DNA from: an uncultured Actinomycetes bacterium
GTDB lineage: Bacteria > Actinomycetota > UBA4738 > JBBDTT01
Reading direction: 5' to 3'
NCBI GenBank assembly: GCA_963742735.1
Contig: CAVUMN010000003.1
Location: 640,001 to 704,000 of the forward strand
DNA: 64,000 nucleotides
The notes under the pieces are model-generated. The model did no database searches. It saw only the letters and a list, made by a program, of their open reading frames with translations, and was not told the origin of the DNA. How positions within the stretch are numbered: the first letter of the stretch is position 1; each line of letters starts with the position of its first letter. Below are positions 20,300 through 31,282 of the stretch, piece by piece. Position numbers and translations under genes: made by a program.

Positions 20300-20319
20300 T
20301 ATCCATTACGGTGCGACCC

Positions 20320-20700
20320 GTGAACCTGAGGCGCGCCGTCGTGGCGCTCCTGCTCCTGCTGGCCGCGTGCGGGCCGGGCGCGCTCGTGCTCCCCGAGGAC
20401 CGCAGCGGCTCCACCGTCACCCTCGAGCCCGGGCAGGAGCTCGTCATCGAGGTCTTCGAGAACGCCTCGATCGGGTGGCAGTGGGACGTCACGACCGACC
20501 CCGACGACGCCGTCCTGCGGTTCGTCGACGAGGCCTACGAGGCCGACTCCCCGGACACCGCAGGCAGCGGAGGCACCGACCGGTTCCGGTTCGAGGCCGT
20601 CGGCCCCGGGAGCACCGAGCTGGTCCTGTCCCGCGACTACCGGAACGAGCGTATCGACAAGACCTTCGAGCTGACCGTGCAGGTGGAGGAGCCCGCGTGA
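20320..20700 (+). CDS. Lipoprotein, chagasin / I42 cysteine protease inhibitor family
   Basis: LAAC lipobox; ENASIGWQW, GSGG...FRFEAVGPG. Confidence 0.8.
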   Translation: MNLRRAVVALLLLLAACGPGALVLPEDRSGSTVTLEPGQELVIEVFENASIGWQWDVTTDPDDAVLRFVDEAYEADSPDTAGSGGTDRFRFEAVGPGSTELVLSRDYRNERIDKTFELTVQVEEPA

Positions 20701-21128
20701 GGCTTCCCGTTCGGCGGCTGGATCCCGACGCGAGCCTCCCGGCCTCGGCGCATCCGGGCGACGCGGGGCTCGATCTCGCCGCGAACGCCGATGTCGCGGT
20801 CGGCCCGGGGGAGCGGGCAACGGTTCCCACCGGGATCGCGGTGGCGATCCCCGAGGGCCACGCAGGGTGGGTGCTGCCGCGCTCCGGCCTCGCGTCGAAG
20901 CACGGGATCACCCTGGCCAACGCGCCGGGCCTGATCGACGCCGGCTATCGAGGCGAGGTGATGGTCGCCGTGGTGAACCTGGATCGCGAGGCGGCCTACA
21001 CGATCCGCCGCGGCGAGCGCATCGCCCAGCTGGTGATCGCGCCGTTCACCTCGGTGAGCGTCGAGGAACAGGACGCCCTCCCGGCCAGCGAGCGCGGCGA
21101 GGGCGGCTTCGGCTCGACCGGCCGGTAG
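20697..21128 (+). CDS. dut: dUTP diphosphatase
   Basis: DAGLDL, PRSGLA, GLIDAGYRGE, RGEGGFGSTG. Confidence 0.97.
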   Translation: MRLPVRRLDPDASLPASAHPGDAGLDLAANADVAVGPGERATVPTGIAVAIPEGHAGWVLPRSGLASKHGITLANAPGLIDAGYRGEVMVAVVNLDREAAYTIRRGERIAQLVIAPFTSVSVEEQDALPASERGEGGFGSTGR

Positions 21129-21185
21129 CCCTCGGCGCGCGCGGGTGGGTCTGGCCGCGAAACGGTCGGGTACAATCGGGTTCAC

Positions 21186-21261
21186 GCGGACGTGGCTCAG
21201 CTGGTAGAGCACCACCTTGCCAAGGTGGGGGTCGCGGGTTCGAATCCCGTCGTCCGCTCCA
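21186..21261 (+). tRNA. tRNA-Gly(GCC)
   Basis: Cloverleaf GCGGACG...CGTCCGC, anticodon loop TTGCCAA, encoded CCA. Confidence 0.97.
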
Positions 21262-21274
21262 AATGAAACCGCTG

Positions 21275-21303
21275 GTCAGGGGTCCCTTTCGGGGGCCCCT
21301 GAC
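21275..21303 (+). terminator. Hairpin after tRNA-Gly
   Basis: GTCAGGGGTCCC...GGGCCCCTGAC. Confidence 0.6.
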
Positions 21304-21375
21304 GCATCTTCGGGAGGCGGCCTGACCCGTCTCAGGCCGTAGCCAGGCCGCAGCAGCTTCGGGTTCCGTCACGGG

Positions 21376-21870
21376 TCAGCGACCGCAACGGTCCACTCGC
21401 TCCCATGGCCAGTCGTCGGCGAGCCAGCGTGCGACGGCGTTGGCGAGTGGTACGTCGAGGCCCGATCTGTCCGCCCGTACCCAGGACTGCACCGTGACAT
21501 CCCACTCCTGGGAAACCGAGGGGTACAGGTAGACGCAACCGATGATGTCGCCGTCGCCCGGGTCGAGGACGGTGAAGGTGAAGCCGTTGCCCCGCGTGAA
21601 GTCCTCTGCGTGGCGGCGAAGGTCGGCGAGGTTCTCCTCGAGCGTCATTCCGCTGCGTGGTGGCCAGTTGCCGTCGGGATAGCCGGGAGTGGAGCGTATG
21701 TGCTCGATGCTCGACGTCCAGGCGGCATGATCGGCCTGATTGTGCTGCGGCCCCAGCGGTTCGAGATGGAACTGGTCGTTGACGAGTGAGGTCGGCGGAT
21801 CGAAGCCAGCCGGCACGAACCTGTCCGCGTTCAGACGAGCTACTCGGCTACGGGCCCGTACTGCTCCCAC
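21376..21870 (-). CDS. GNAT-family N-acetyltransferase (start uncertain, possibly CTG 21834)
   Basis: LEPLGPQHN...FTFTVLDP...IGCVYLYP...VQSWVRA. Confidence 0.75.
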   Translation of the reverse strand: MGAVRARSRVARLNADRFVPAGFDPPTSLVNDQFHLEPLGPQHNQADHAAWTSSIEHIRSTPGYPDGNWPPRSGMTLEENLADLRRHAEDFTRGNGFTFTVLDPGDGDIIGCVYLYPSVSQEWDVTVQSWVRADRSGLDVPLANAVARWLADDWPWERVDRCGR

Positions 21871-22394
21871 GCCTCCATGGCGGACTTGACCTGCGGGTCG
21901 CTCAACCGGTCGGCGAAGTAGGCGCGGGTCACCCGATCCACGATCTCGGTCAGATCGCGGTCCTCCAGGAACCGCAGGGTGCGCTCGAGCGACGTGGGGA
22001 TCTCGTCGCGGGTGAACGACACCACGAACTCGAGGGGACCGTCGGCGGAGGCGGTCGGCTCCGGGGCTCGTGCCGTCGTATCGGGGGCCGGCACCTCTCG
22101 GGCCGGCACCTCGGCACTCGCCGTGTTGCCGTTGGCTTCGGGGGCCGGTTTCGGCTGCGACGGGGGCATCTTGATGATCCGCCGCTGCGGCCCCGCTCGG
22201 CGCACCGGAGGCTCCTGGTTCTGTTGGGCGGGCTGCGGGGGCTGAGATCGGGGGTCGAGCTGGGCCTGGGGAGCCGCCTCGTCCATGATCCCCCTCAGCT
22301 CCTCCTGCATCTCCCTGCGAGGGATGCCCTGGATGGGCTGACGGGAGGAGTGCCCGTTCCCCCCGCCGACTCCGAACGATTTGGGTGTGGCCAT
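21840..22394 (-). CDS. Hypothetical protein with Pro/Gln-rich disordered N-terminus and possible C-terminal ribbon-helix-helix
   Basis: GGAGG RBS before ATG 22394; TTGACG-N16-TACCGT promoter at 22510-22483. Confidence 0.65.
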   Translation of the reverse strand: MATPKSFGVGGGNGHSSRQPIQGIPRREMQEELRGIMDEAAPQAQLDPRSQPPQPAQQNQEPPVRRAGPQRRIIKMPPSQPKPAPEANGNTASAEVPAREVPAPDTTARAPEPTASADGPLEFVVSFTRDEIPTSLERTLRFLEDRDLTEIVDRVTRAYFADRLSDPQVKSAMEAWEQYGPVAE

Positions 22395-22548
22395 GACCGC
22401 CTCCGTTCGTGACTCATTGGTGCTGGGGGGCGGCCATGCGGGCACTACGAACTACGGCCCAGCACCCTAATCTTCGACCAATACGGTAGCCCTCTGTAGC
22501 CAGTCGTCAAGTCCCCACTTCGGGGGATTCGGACTAGGCCTCGGGTTC

Positions 22549-24689
22549 TCAGCGCCGGCAGCGTGGTTTTCGGTGGTGGTAGCAGAACGGCTCGTCGTCG
22601 TCATCGCCGCCGCCGGGGTCACCGCCGCCGGCCGGAGGCTTCGGCTCGGCCGGCTTCTCCTCCTCGGGAACCTCGATGTCCGCGGCCTTCGGGGTCACGG
22701 TGAACTCCGAGAGGTCGGGGTAGGTGAACGAGAGCACGGGCTGGTCCGCCAGGACGACCGACATGAAGTCGTGCCAGATGCCCGCGGGGATCGAGCCGCC
22801 GGTGACCCCGGAGAGGCCGTGCACGTACCTCAGCGGGATCTCGCCCTTGTGGTAGCCGACCCATACGCAGGTGACGAGCTGCGGGACGAAGCCGCAGAAC
22901 CACGCGTCCACGTACTCCTGCGCGGTGCCGGTCTTGCCGGCCACGGGGCGCCCGATGTAGGCCGCTCCGCCCGTGCCGCCGGTGACGACGCCCTCCATCG
23001 CCAGCGTGGCGGCGTCGGCCACGTTCTGGGACAGGACCCGCGTCCCCTCGGGCTTCATCTTCTCCAGGACGTCGCCGTTGGGATCCATGACCTGCTCGAC
23101 CGCCGAGGGGTCGTGGTGGACGCCGCGGGAGGCGATCGTCGCGAAGGCCTCGGTCATCTCCATCGGGGTGACGGAGTTCACCCCGAGGGTGATCGAGCAG
23201 ACCGGCGACAGCTTGGTGTCGATGCCCATGCGCTTGGCCACCTCCGCGACGTTCGCCGGCCCCACCGTGACGGCCAGCTGGGCGAAGATCGTGTTCACCG
23301 AGCTCGCGAGGGCGCTGGACAGGGGCATGGTCCCCTGCCCGGAGTCGCCGTAGTTGCCGGGCTCCCACGGCTCGCCGTTCGTTTCGCACCGCTCGTCGTC
23401 GATCTTGATCTTCGCGGGCCCACGCCACACCGAGCTGGGGGAGATCCCCTTCTCCAGCGCGGCGACGTAGGTGAAGACCTTGAAGGCGCTGCCGGTCTGC
23501 CGGCGGGCCTGGGTGGCCAGGTTGAACTTGCGCTTCTTGAAGTTGACCCCCCCGCCATCGCGCGGATGGCGCCGTTCCTCGGGTCGATGGCGACGAGCGC
23601 CGCGTCGGGGTCCCCGGGCAGGCCGAGCCGGTTCTTGATCGCCGCCTCCGCCGCCCGCTGCCAGGCGAGGTCGATCGTGGTCTTCACCCGCAACCCGCCG
23701 CCGAAGGTCCGCTGCACGCCGTACTGGTTCTGGAGGTAGCGGCGGACGTGGTCCGAGAAGTACGGGGCCATCGACGCCGTGGGGACGCGCGCCTTGACGG
23801 CGAGGGGTTCGGTCTTGAGCGCGGCGGCCCTGGCCGGGCTCAGGTACCCCTCGGCGATCATTCGGTCCAGCACGTAGTTCCGCCGAGCGAGGGCGGCCTC
23901 GGGGTTCTCGACGGGGTCGAAGCGCCCGGGGGCCGCGATCGATCCCGCGAGCGAGGCCGACTGGAGGACGGAGAGCTTCCGGGCGGGGATCCCGAAGAAG
24001 GTCTTGGCGGCGGCCTGCACGCCGTAGGCCCCCTGGCCGAAATAGACGTCGTTCAGATACCGGGTGAGGATCTCGTCCTTGGTCAGCTCGCGGGTGAGCT
24101 TCTCGGCCAGCAGCGCCTCCTGGAGCTTGCGGCCGACGGTGCGGCTCCCGTCCGTGTAGATGTTCTTCACGTACTGCTGGGTGATCGTCGAGCCACCCTC
24201 CTCGATGCGCCCGCTGGCCAGGTTCGTGTAGGCGGCCCGCAGGATGCTCCCCAGGTTCACGCCGCCCTCCCGGTAGAAGTCCTCGCCCTCAACGGCGATG
24301 ACCGCCTGCCGCAGGTGCATGGGCATTTGACCGAGGGGGACCGGGGTGCGGTCGACCTCACCGTGGAACTTGGTGACGAACCGGTTCTCGCGGTCGTAGA
24401 CGTAGCTGCTGGCCGCAGGGATCTTCGCGATGGGGTAGTCGGCGGCCGAGGAGACCGTCTCCCATACCTGCCCGATCGCGGGGGGCAGGACCAGGACCGA
24501 GGCCAGGATCATCACCGCGAGGGGGACGCCGAGCACGAACGCGGCGAGCGTCCACCGGATCAGCGCCAGCGACCGCGGCGCGCGGGGGGGTTCGATGCCG
24601 GAGACCGCCCGCGCCCTGAAGAAGGATTCGACCGCGGACGAGGACGGACCCGTCTCCAGGGTCGTCCAGCGATCGTCCATGTCAGCCAT
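22549..24689 (-). CDS. Class A penicillin-binding protein (one frameshift near 23550)
   Basis: GGSTITQQYVKN, RKLQE, YLNDVYFG transglycosylase; GSAFK, SVN, KTGT transpeptidase. Confidence 0.92.
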
Positions 24690-24881
24690 ATCCGTGCTCC
24701 ACCCAGGGCCAGCTACACAAAGCGGAACACTTGTTCCCGGACGCTGCCGGGCGCATGCATCCTCTACGCGCTTTGTACTACGGATCGGATGCATTCGAAG
24801 GCTTTGGTGTCATGTGACCGGCCGGAGCAGCGCGGTGACACCCCCGGCATCCGCCCGTACACTCATTCGAGCAACTCCAGT

Positions 24882-24952
24882 GGCGGGGTGGCCGAGTGGT
24901 TAGGCAGGGGTCTGCAAAACCCCGCACAGCGGTTCAATTCCGCTCCCCGCCT
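24882..24952 (+). tRNA. tRNA-Cys(GCA)
   Basis: GGCGGGG...CCCCGCC acceptor stem, loop CTGCAAA. Confidence 0.95.
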
Positions 24953-24957
24953 CTCGC

Positions 24958-25032
24958 GGGCGCTTAGCTCAGGGGGAGAGCGCTTCCTTGACACGGAAGA
25001 GGTCGGAGGTTCAAATCCTCCAGCGCCCACCA
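24958..25032 (+). tRNA. tRNA-Val(GAC)
   Basis: Stem CTTCC/GGAAG, loop TTGACAC, CCA end. Confidence 0.96.
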
Positions 25033-25037
25033 GCACA

Positions 25038-25061
25038 AGGCCCTGCTCACGGGGCCTTTTT
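25038..25061 (+). terminator. Rho-independent terminator
   Basis: AGGCCCTG...CGGGGCCT followed by a T-tract. Confidence 0.75.
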
Positions 25062-25111
25062 CGTGCCCGGGAGCCCGACGGTGGCTCCGTGAACGGTCGA
25101 GCCGGCACGCG

Positions 25112-25915
25112 ATGAGCCCGCGGACCAAGTCCTCGGACCGCTTCGCCTATCTCCGTGAAGCCGCGCTCGCCGCCCTCCGGAGGGAGCCTCCCATCCCCAG
25201 CCCTCGCCTGGGCTTGCCGGTCAGCCACGGCAATTTCGCCCGCTTGGGACGGCGGCTCCTCCAGGTCCTCACCGGTGTTGGTGGGTTGCGCCCCGATGAG
25301 CGTGTCCTCGATGTCGGATGTGGACCGGGCCGCGTCGCTCGAGTGTTGACTCAGTACCTGTCCGAAGGCGGCTCCTACGAAGGTTTCGACGTCGTGCCGG
25401 CGGCCATCGATTGGTGCCAGCGCACGATCGCCGCCCGGCACCCGAACTTCCGCTTCACCCACGTGGACATTCGCAACCAGAGCTACAACCCACAGGGGGC
25501 CATCGAGCCTGCGGAATTCGTCTTTCCCTACCCCGACGAGGACGTGGACTTCGCCTTCCTGATCTCGGTATTCACCCACATGCTCCCCGAGGACATGGAA
25601 CGGTATCTCCGCGAGATCCAGCGGGTCCTCCGCCCCGGAGGCCGGTGTCTCATGACCTTCTTCCTCCTCAACCCGGCTTCGGAGGCCGCCATCGACGAGG
25701 GCCGGGCGCGGAGGGCCTTCTCTCACCAGGGGCCCGGGTATCGCTCGGGTGACCCACGGCTCCACGAGCGGGCGGTGGCCTACACGGAGGACGACGTACG
25801 AGAGGCGCTCCTCGAGGCAGGTTTGACGCTTCGGGAACCGATCCAGCACGGCAGCTGGGCCCAAGGTGGGGGACCCATGGGCCAGGACGTCCTGGTTGCC
25901 GCCCGAAGCGTTTAG
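25112..25915 (+). CDS. Class I SAM-dependent methyltransferase
   Basis: [23 protein letters not shown]. Confidence 0.9.
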   Translation: MSPRTKSSDRFAYLREAALAALRREPPIPSPRLGLPVSHGNFARLGRRLLQVLTGVGGLRPDERVLDVGCGPGRVARVLTQYLSEGGSYEGFDVVPAAIDWCQRTIAARHPNFRFTHVDIRNQSYNPQGAIEPAEFVFPYPDEDVDFAFLISVFTHMLPEDMERYLREIQRVLRPGGRCLMTFFLLNPASEAAIDEGRARRAFSHQGPGYRSGDPRLHERAVAYTEDDVREALLEAGLTLREPIQHGSWAQGGGPMGQDVLVAARSV

Positions 25916-25994
25916 GCGCCGCGCCCCAGGTTTGCCGCCCACCCCGTCCTCTGCGTACTCGCCCGGTCCAGACGTCAGGTGGGAGGATGCCCGC

Positions 25995-27650
25995 ATGGCC
26001 GATCGGCTTCGTGAACCGCCGGGGGAGGGGTGGCGGGCGCTCGACGCGGGCGACTGGAGCGAGGCCCTCGCGGCGTTCGAGCGCGACCTGACGGCGAGCG
26101 AGACGGCGGCGAGCCTGGACGGGCTGGCTCGATCCCGGTGGTGGCTGGCGGACGTCCCCGGCGCCATCGACGCCTGGGAGCGAGCCTTCGCCGCGTACCG
26201 GCGGGAGGGCGACGACGGAGCGGCCGCGCAGGTCGCGCTGTTCCTCTCGAAGGAACACGGGTCGACGCTGGGCAATCCGGCGGTGGCGAGCGGGTGGCTG
26301 GGCCGGGCTCGCACGCTCCTGTCGGAGCTGGCGCCCTCGCCGGTCCACGGGTGGTTGTTCCTGGCCGAGTCCGAAGCCGAGCCGGACCCCTCGGGCTCGC
26401 TGGAGCTGGCCTCCCGGGCTCTGGAGATCGGCCGGGAGCTTCGCGACGCGGACCTCGAGCTGACCGCCATGGGACGGGTCGGCCTGGCCGAGGTGTGGCT
26501 GGGCCGCGTCGAGCAGGGCCTGGCCAGGTTCGACGAGGCGATGGCCGCCGCGACCGCCCGCGAATCCCGCGACCTTCGAACGCTCGGCGACCTCTACTGC
26601 TCGATGATGCTGACCAGCGAGGCGACGCTCGACGGACAGCGGTTCGCGCAGTGGAACCGCGCCTTGTTCGGCTACATGAAGCGCTACAACCACCCGGACG
26701 TCCTCACGTTCTGCGGAACGTGCTGCGCCGAGGTCATCGGCGCGGGCGGCGATTGGGACCAGGGCGAGAAGTGGCTGACCGACACGCTGGGGAGCCTCCG
26801 GTCGAGTGGCCAGCAGGCTCGGTGCGTGCACCCGTCCACCCGGCTCGCGTCCCTTCGCATCCTCCAGGGACGGCTGGAGGAGGCCGAGGAGCTCCTTCGC
26901 GGATACGAGGACCTGCCCGAGGCGACCCAGCCCCAGGTCGCGCTGTACCTGGCCCGAGGACAGACGGCGCTCGCTGCGGCCCGGCTTCACCGTCGCCTGA
27001 ATCAGATGGGACGAGACACCCTGCTCGCCGCGCCGCTTCTGTCCCAGCTGGTCGAGATCCAGCTGGCGCAGGCCGACCTCGCCGGAGCGCGAACGACAGC
27101 CGACACGCTCACCGGGATCGCCCGGCGATCGGGCCTCCGCCGGCTCGAGGCCGAGGCGGAGCTGGCCGAGGGCTCGGTCCTGGCCGCGACGTCCGAGCTC
27201 GAGGAGGGGGCCGTCCTGCTCGGCCGGGCCGTCGAGGGATTCACGGCCACCCAGATCCCACACGGTGCCGCGAGGGCGCACCTGGCTCTGGCGCGAGGGC
27301 TCGCGGTTGAGGACCCGGAGCGGGCGGTGGAGGAGGCACGTCAGGCCTTCGAGGGGTTCGAACGGCTGGGCGCGACCCGCGACGCCGACATCGCCGCCGG
27401 CTTCCTCCGGGACCTCGGGGCTCGTGGCCGGACCGGGCCGAAGCTCCTGGGAACGCTCTCGAAGCGCGAGACGGAGGTATTGCGGCTTCTCGGCTACGGC
27501 CTGACCAACGCCGAGATCGCGGCTCGCCTCTACATCAGCACGAAGACCGTGGCCACCCACGTGGGCAACATCTTCTCGAAGCTGCAGGTGCGGAACCGCT
27601 CCGAGGCGGCCACCTTCGCCCAGCGGTCCCTCGAGGACGTCACTCCGTGA
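25995..27650 (+). CDS. TPR-like helical protein with C-terminal LuxR HTH
   Basis: [43 protein letters not shown]. Confidence 0.9.
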   Translation: MADRLREPPGEGWRALDAGDWSEALAAFERDLTASETAASLDGLARSRWWLADVPGAIDAWERAFAAYRREGDDGAAAQVALFLSKEHGSTLGNPAVASGWLGRARTLLSELAPSPVHGWLFLAESEAEPDPSGSLELASRALEIGRELRDADLELTAMGRVGLAEVWLGRVEQGLARFDEAMAAATARESRDLRTLGDLYCSMMLTSEATLDGQRFAQWNRALFGYMKRYNHPDVLTFCGTCCAEVIGAGGDWDQGEKWLTDTLGSLRSSGQQARCVHPSTRLASLRILQGRLEEAEELLRGYEDLPEATQPQVALYLARGQTALAAARLHRRLNQMGRDTLLAAPLLSQLVEIQLAQADLAGARTTADTLTGIARRSGLRRLEAEAELAEGSVLAATSELEEGAVLLGRAVEGFTATQIPHGAARAHLALARGLAVEDPERAVEEARQAFEGFERLGATRDADIAAGFLRDLGARGRTGPKLLGTLSKRETEVLRLLGYGLTNAEIAARLYISTKTVATHVGNIFSKLQVRNRSEAATFAQRSLEDVTP

Positions 27651-27736
27651 CTCCGCTCGAGAATCGGTAATCCTTCCGATCCTCCCACCGGCGTCCGCTG
27701 CGACGCTTGGCCTCGCACCGAGAGGAGGCGAGGCAC

Positions 27737-28288
27737 ATGGCGAAGGAGCACCCGAAGCGCACGATGTGGCCGGACCCGGCCCTGCGATTCGAGGGGTCGA
27801 CGCGAGCCCCGGCCGATGCCGTCTACGACCTGCTGGCCGACCTCCAGAGCCACCTGGACTGGGCGGGAGAGCGTCAGCTCGAGACCACCCGGCTGCTCAC
27901 GCTCGAGGCCCCCCCCGGACCGGCCGGCGTGGGAACGGAGTTCTTCAGTACGGGATCGGACGGCAAGGCCGCGCGGTGGGCGGACCGCTCGGTCGTGACG
28001 GAGGCCACCCGGCCCGAGGTGTTCGAGTTCGTCACCGAGGGCCGGCGGCAGGGAAGGCCCGGGACCGAGCCGTGGCGGTTCACCGCGGTGAACCGGTACG
28101 ACATCGCCCGCGAAGGCGAGGGCAGCCGGGTCACGTTCACGCAACAGGTGACCCGATGGGAGGGGGCACCAAAGGTCCTGCGTCTGCCGGGCCTGATGCG
28201 GTTGCTGTTCCGCTACAGCAGCAAGTTCATGCGGCGCGGGTTCGACGGCCTGCTCGCGATGGCCCAGGAACGAGTCGGCGTCGCGTAG
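27737..28288 (+). CDS. SRPBCC / polyketide cyclase-like protein
   Basis: APADAVYDLLADL...W, GVGTEF, FEFVT...VTFTQ; GAGGAGG RBS. Confidence 0.8.
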   Translation: MAKEHPKRTMWPDPALRFEGSTRAPADAVYDLLADLQSHLDWAGERQLETTRLLTLEAPPGPAGVGTEFFSTGSDGKAARWADRSVVTEATRPEVFEFVTEGRRQGRPGTEPWRFTAVNRYDIAREGEGSRVTFTQQVTRWEGAPKVLRLPGLMRLLFRYSSKFMRRGFDGLLAMAQERVGVA

Positions 28289-28314
28289 GCGCGCCGGGAC
28301 GAAAGGAGCACGAC

Positions 28315-28695
<381 letters not shown>

Positions 28696-28714
28696 GGACG
28701 CGGCAACTCTGGGC

Positions 28715-29644
28715 CTACGCGGCCAGCGGCTGCCAGTCCGGACGCCAGTCCGGCCCGTTCTGGACGGTGACCTGGGTGAGCGCCGTGCCGTCGGGGTTCA
28801 TCGTCCAGATCTCCTCGTTGCCCGTCCGCGCCGAGCAGAACGCGATCCGGGTACCGTCCGGGGCCCACGCGGGCTCCTCGTCGACCCCCGTCGCGCTGGC
28901 GGTGAGCTGCACGGTGCCGGTGCCGTCCGCATTCATCACGTAGACCTCGGTGGTGCCGGTGCGCTTGCTGTCCCAGGCGATCCTGGTGCCGTCGGGAGAC
29001 CAGGCGGGGTGACGATCCTGCCCGGGGGCGAACGTGAGCCGCGTCTGCGCGGTGCCGTTGGCGTTCATGACGTAGATCTCCTGGTCGCCCCCGCTCCGCT
29101 TGCTCATGAAGGCGATCTTCGTGCCACCGGGAGACCAGTTGGGCTGCTCGTCCGCCTTGCTGGAGGTGGTGAGGCGTTTCAGGTTCGAGCCGTCCGCGCT
29201 CATCACGTAGATGTCGTTGGCCCCCGTTCGCGAGGAGAAGAAGGCGATCCTCCCGCCGCCCGGGGACCAGACCGGCCGACCGTCCTGGCCGGGATGGTTC
29301 GTGAGGTTCGTCTGACCGGTGCCGTCCGCGTTCATCACGTAGACCTCGGGGTTTCCGTCGCGCCGGCTCACGAAGGCGATCTTGGTGCCGTCCGGCGACC
29401 ACACGGGAGTGAAGTCGGGAGCGGTGTTGACCGTCAGGTTCTTCTGGCCGGTGCCGTTGGCGCCGATCACCACGATCTCGCCCTTGTTCTCGACCCCCTT
29501 GGAGAACGCGATGAGGCCGTTGACGCCGGGATAGCTGGCGCGGGCTTCGGGGAAAGGTGTCCACGGCGCTATGGCGAAGACGACCAGCGCCAGGAGAAGC
29601 GTGCACGACGCGGCGAACGACCGGGGGGCGCGGTGTGGGCTCAC
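28715..29644 (-). CDS. Secreted TolB-like (PD40) beta-propeller protein
   Basis: Signal peptide and tandem PxWSPDGTKIAF...EIYVMNADG repeats. Confidence 0.9.
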   Translation of the reverse strand: MSPHRAPRSFAASCTLLLALVVFAIAPWTPFPEARASYPGVNGLIAFSKGVENKGEIVVIGANGTGQKNLTVNTAPDFTPVWSPDGTKIAFVSRRDGNPEVYVMNADGTGQTNLTNHPGQDGRPVWSPGGGRIAFFSSRTGANDIYVMSADGSNLKRLTTSSKADEQPNWSPGGTKIAFMSKRSGGDQEIYVMNANGTAQTRLTFAPGQDRHPAWSPDGTRIAWDSKRTGTTEVYVMNADGTGTVQLTASATGVDEEPAWAPDGTRIAFCSARTGNEEIWTMNPDGTALTQVTVQNGPDWRPDWQPLAA

Positions 29645-29767
29645 GACGGGGAATCCTAGCCCGAGAAGGGTCAAAACGTACACGGCGGTCGGCTACGCTC
29701 CCGGAGCGACCGCGAGATCGGGGCGTTGGGTTTCGCATCGGATTGGTCGTGAGAAACTGAGGGCATC

Positions 29768-30508
29768 GTGAGCACAGTGCGCAGACATAGGAAACCGACC
29801 GGTTTCACGCTCGCGTCGGCCCCCGGGAAACACCGGAGGCGCTCACGGGCGGGAGGCGGACGGCACCGCCGGCGGCGATCGGGCTTCCAGGGCCCGCTCG
29901 TCATGTCGGCGGTCTCCCTCGCGCTGCTGAGCACGCCGGCTCCCGCCACGCCGGAGTTTCCGGCCCCGGCCCGCGCGCTGCCGCCGGCCAGTGCTCAGCC
30001 GGCCAGTCCCGTCGTGGCGACGTTCGACGAGCTCGTCCTGTACGGCCGCCCGGAGCGCCTGGTCGTTCCGGCGCTCGGGATCGACGACGACCTGATCGAC
30101 CTGGGGCTGAACCCCGACCGCACGCTCGAAGTGCCCATCGACGCGGGGCAGGCCGGCTGGTACAAGCACAGCGTGGTGCCCGGGCGCACCGGGCCCGCGA
30201 TCATCGCCGGCCACGTGAGCTCGGCCTCCGGTCCGGGCATCTTCTACTCCCTGCATCTGCTGCAGAAGGGGGACGAGATCCTCGTACAAGGGAGGGGGGG
30301 CAGCGTCGCCCGGTTCGCGATCACCAAGGTCGAGCGCTACCCGAAGGACGACTTCCCCACGCAGATGGTGTACGGGAACCTCAAGTTTCCCGGCATCCGG
30401 TTGATCACCTGCGGAGGAGCGTTCAATTCGGACACAGGGCACTTTTTAGACAATGTGATCGTCTTTGGACGATTGGTCTTCCAGCGGCTCGCGGAAGGGC
30501 CGAATTGA
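29768..30508 (+). CDS. Class F sortase (start may be ATG 29903)
   Basis: AGWY...PG...AIIAGHV, RLITCGGAF...DNVIVF. Confidence 0.92.
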   Translation: MSTVRRHRKPTGFTLASAPGKHRRRSRAGGGRHRRRRSGFQGPLVMSAVSLALLSTPAPATPEFPAPARALPPASAQPASPVVATFDELVLYGRPERLVVPALGIDDDLIDLGLNPDRTLEVPIDAGQAGWYKHSVVPGRTGPAIIAGHVSSASGPGIFYSLHLLQKGDEILVQGRGGSVARFAITKVERYPKDDFPTQMVYGNLKFPGIRLITCGGAFNSDTGHFLDNVIVFGRLVFQRLAEGPN

Positions 30509-30561
30509 CACGGAGGCCAACAGGACTTTCCTCGGCCGGGACGAGTAGGTATGATCCCGCG

Positions 30562-30693
30562 ATGAGCGTGGTCCTCTTGACCGAGGGAGGTAACTGCCTG
30601 AACGAGCCCGAACGGATACGGATCCGTAGCTTGGAGATCCGGGTCCCCGGACTCGCAGGCGGATCAAGGGGAAGAAGCGTTGAGCACGACTAG
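30562..30693 (+). other. Structured leader RNA and/or leaderless 43-aa uORF
   Basis: TATGAT -10 at 30550-30555, ATG at 30562, nested stems 30572-30672. Confidence 0.4.
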
Positions 30694-30705
30694 AGAGGAG
30701 ATCGG

Positions 30706-31260
30706 ATGAGTCAGCCCAAGGGGCGCGGACGGGCGAGCATCGTCGCCGTGTTCACGATCCTCGCGATCGGGACCCTGTTTGCGATGCCCGCGTACGCGTC
30801 GATCGAAGGGTCGGTCGCGGACAACGAGTGCACCGTGACGATCACGTTTGACGACGAGGGCGCTGCCGGCGACCAGGCCGGCGTCCGCGCTGAGGCGATC
30901 CCGCCGACGGACGAGGGCGTCATCTTCGAGGACACGTTCTTCCTCGACGACGATGGCGACGCCGAGATCACGTTCGACCTGCAGTTCACCGGTCCGCCGG
31001 CGAACAACGGGTGGCACGTGAAGGTCGACGCGATCACCGAGCAGGGCGGCGAGGTCCAGGTTCTGAACCCGTTCTTCGCCGAGGATTGCCCCGACCCGGT
31101 CGTGGAGCCCCCGCCGACGACGCCGCCGGTGGTCGTTCCGACGGGTGGAGTGGACACCGGCGCGGCCAGTGGCCCCGGGACCGCCATGGTCCTTCCGGTC
31201 ATCGGCCTCGTGCTGGTGGTCGGCTCGGCGCTGTGGATGCGGCGCAGGTCCATCGGCTGA
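30706..31260 (+). CDS. Secreted protein, putative class F sortase substrate 1
   Basis: Signal peptide (AYA), Pro-rich linker, PTGGVDTG + TM + WMRRRS. Confidence 0.8.
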   Translation: MSQPKGRGRASIVAVFTILAIGTLFAMPAYASIEGSVADNECTVTITFDDEGAAGDQAGVRAEAIPPTDEGVIFEDTFFLDDDGDAEITFDLQFTGPPANNGWHVKVDAITEQGGEVQVLNPFFAEDCPDPVVEPPPTTPPVVVPTGGVDTGAASGPGTAMVLPVIGLVLVVGSALWMRRRSIG

Positions 31261-31282
31261 TCTGAAGCACCCGAACCACCAA

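Noticed and set aside
24875-24881. CTCCA before tRNA-Cys as an att remnant of the tRNA-Gly 3' end
   Set aside because: Only 5 bp, not significant, and no integrase nearby
28715-29500. Regularly spaced DNA repeats resembling a CRISPR or tandem array
   Set aside because: They are in-frame PD40 propeller repeats within one CDS
30594-30660. Hammerhead ribozyme (CTGAACGAG resembles CUGANGA)
   Set aside because: No matching GAAA core in the required position
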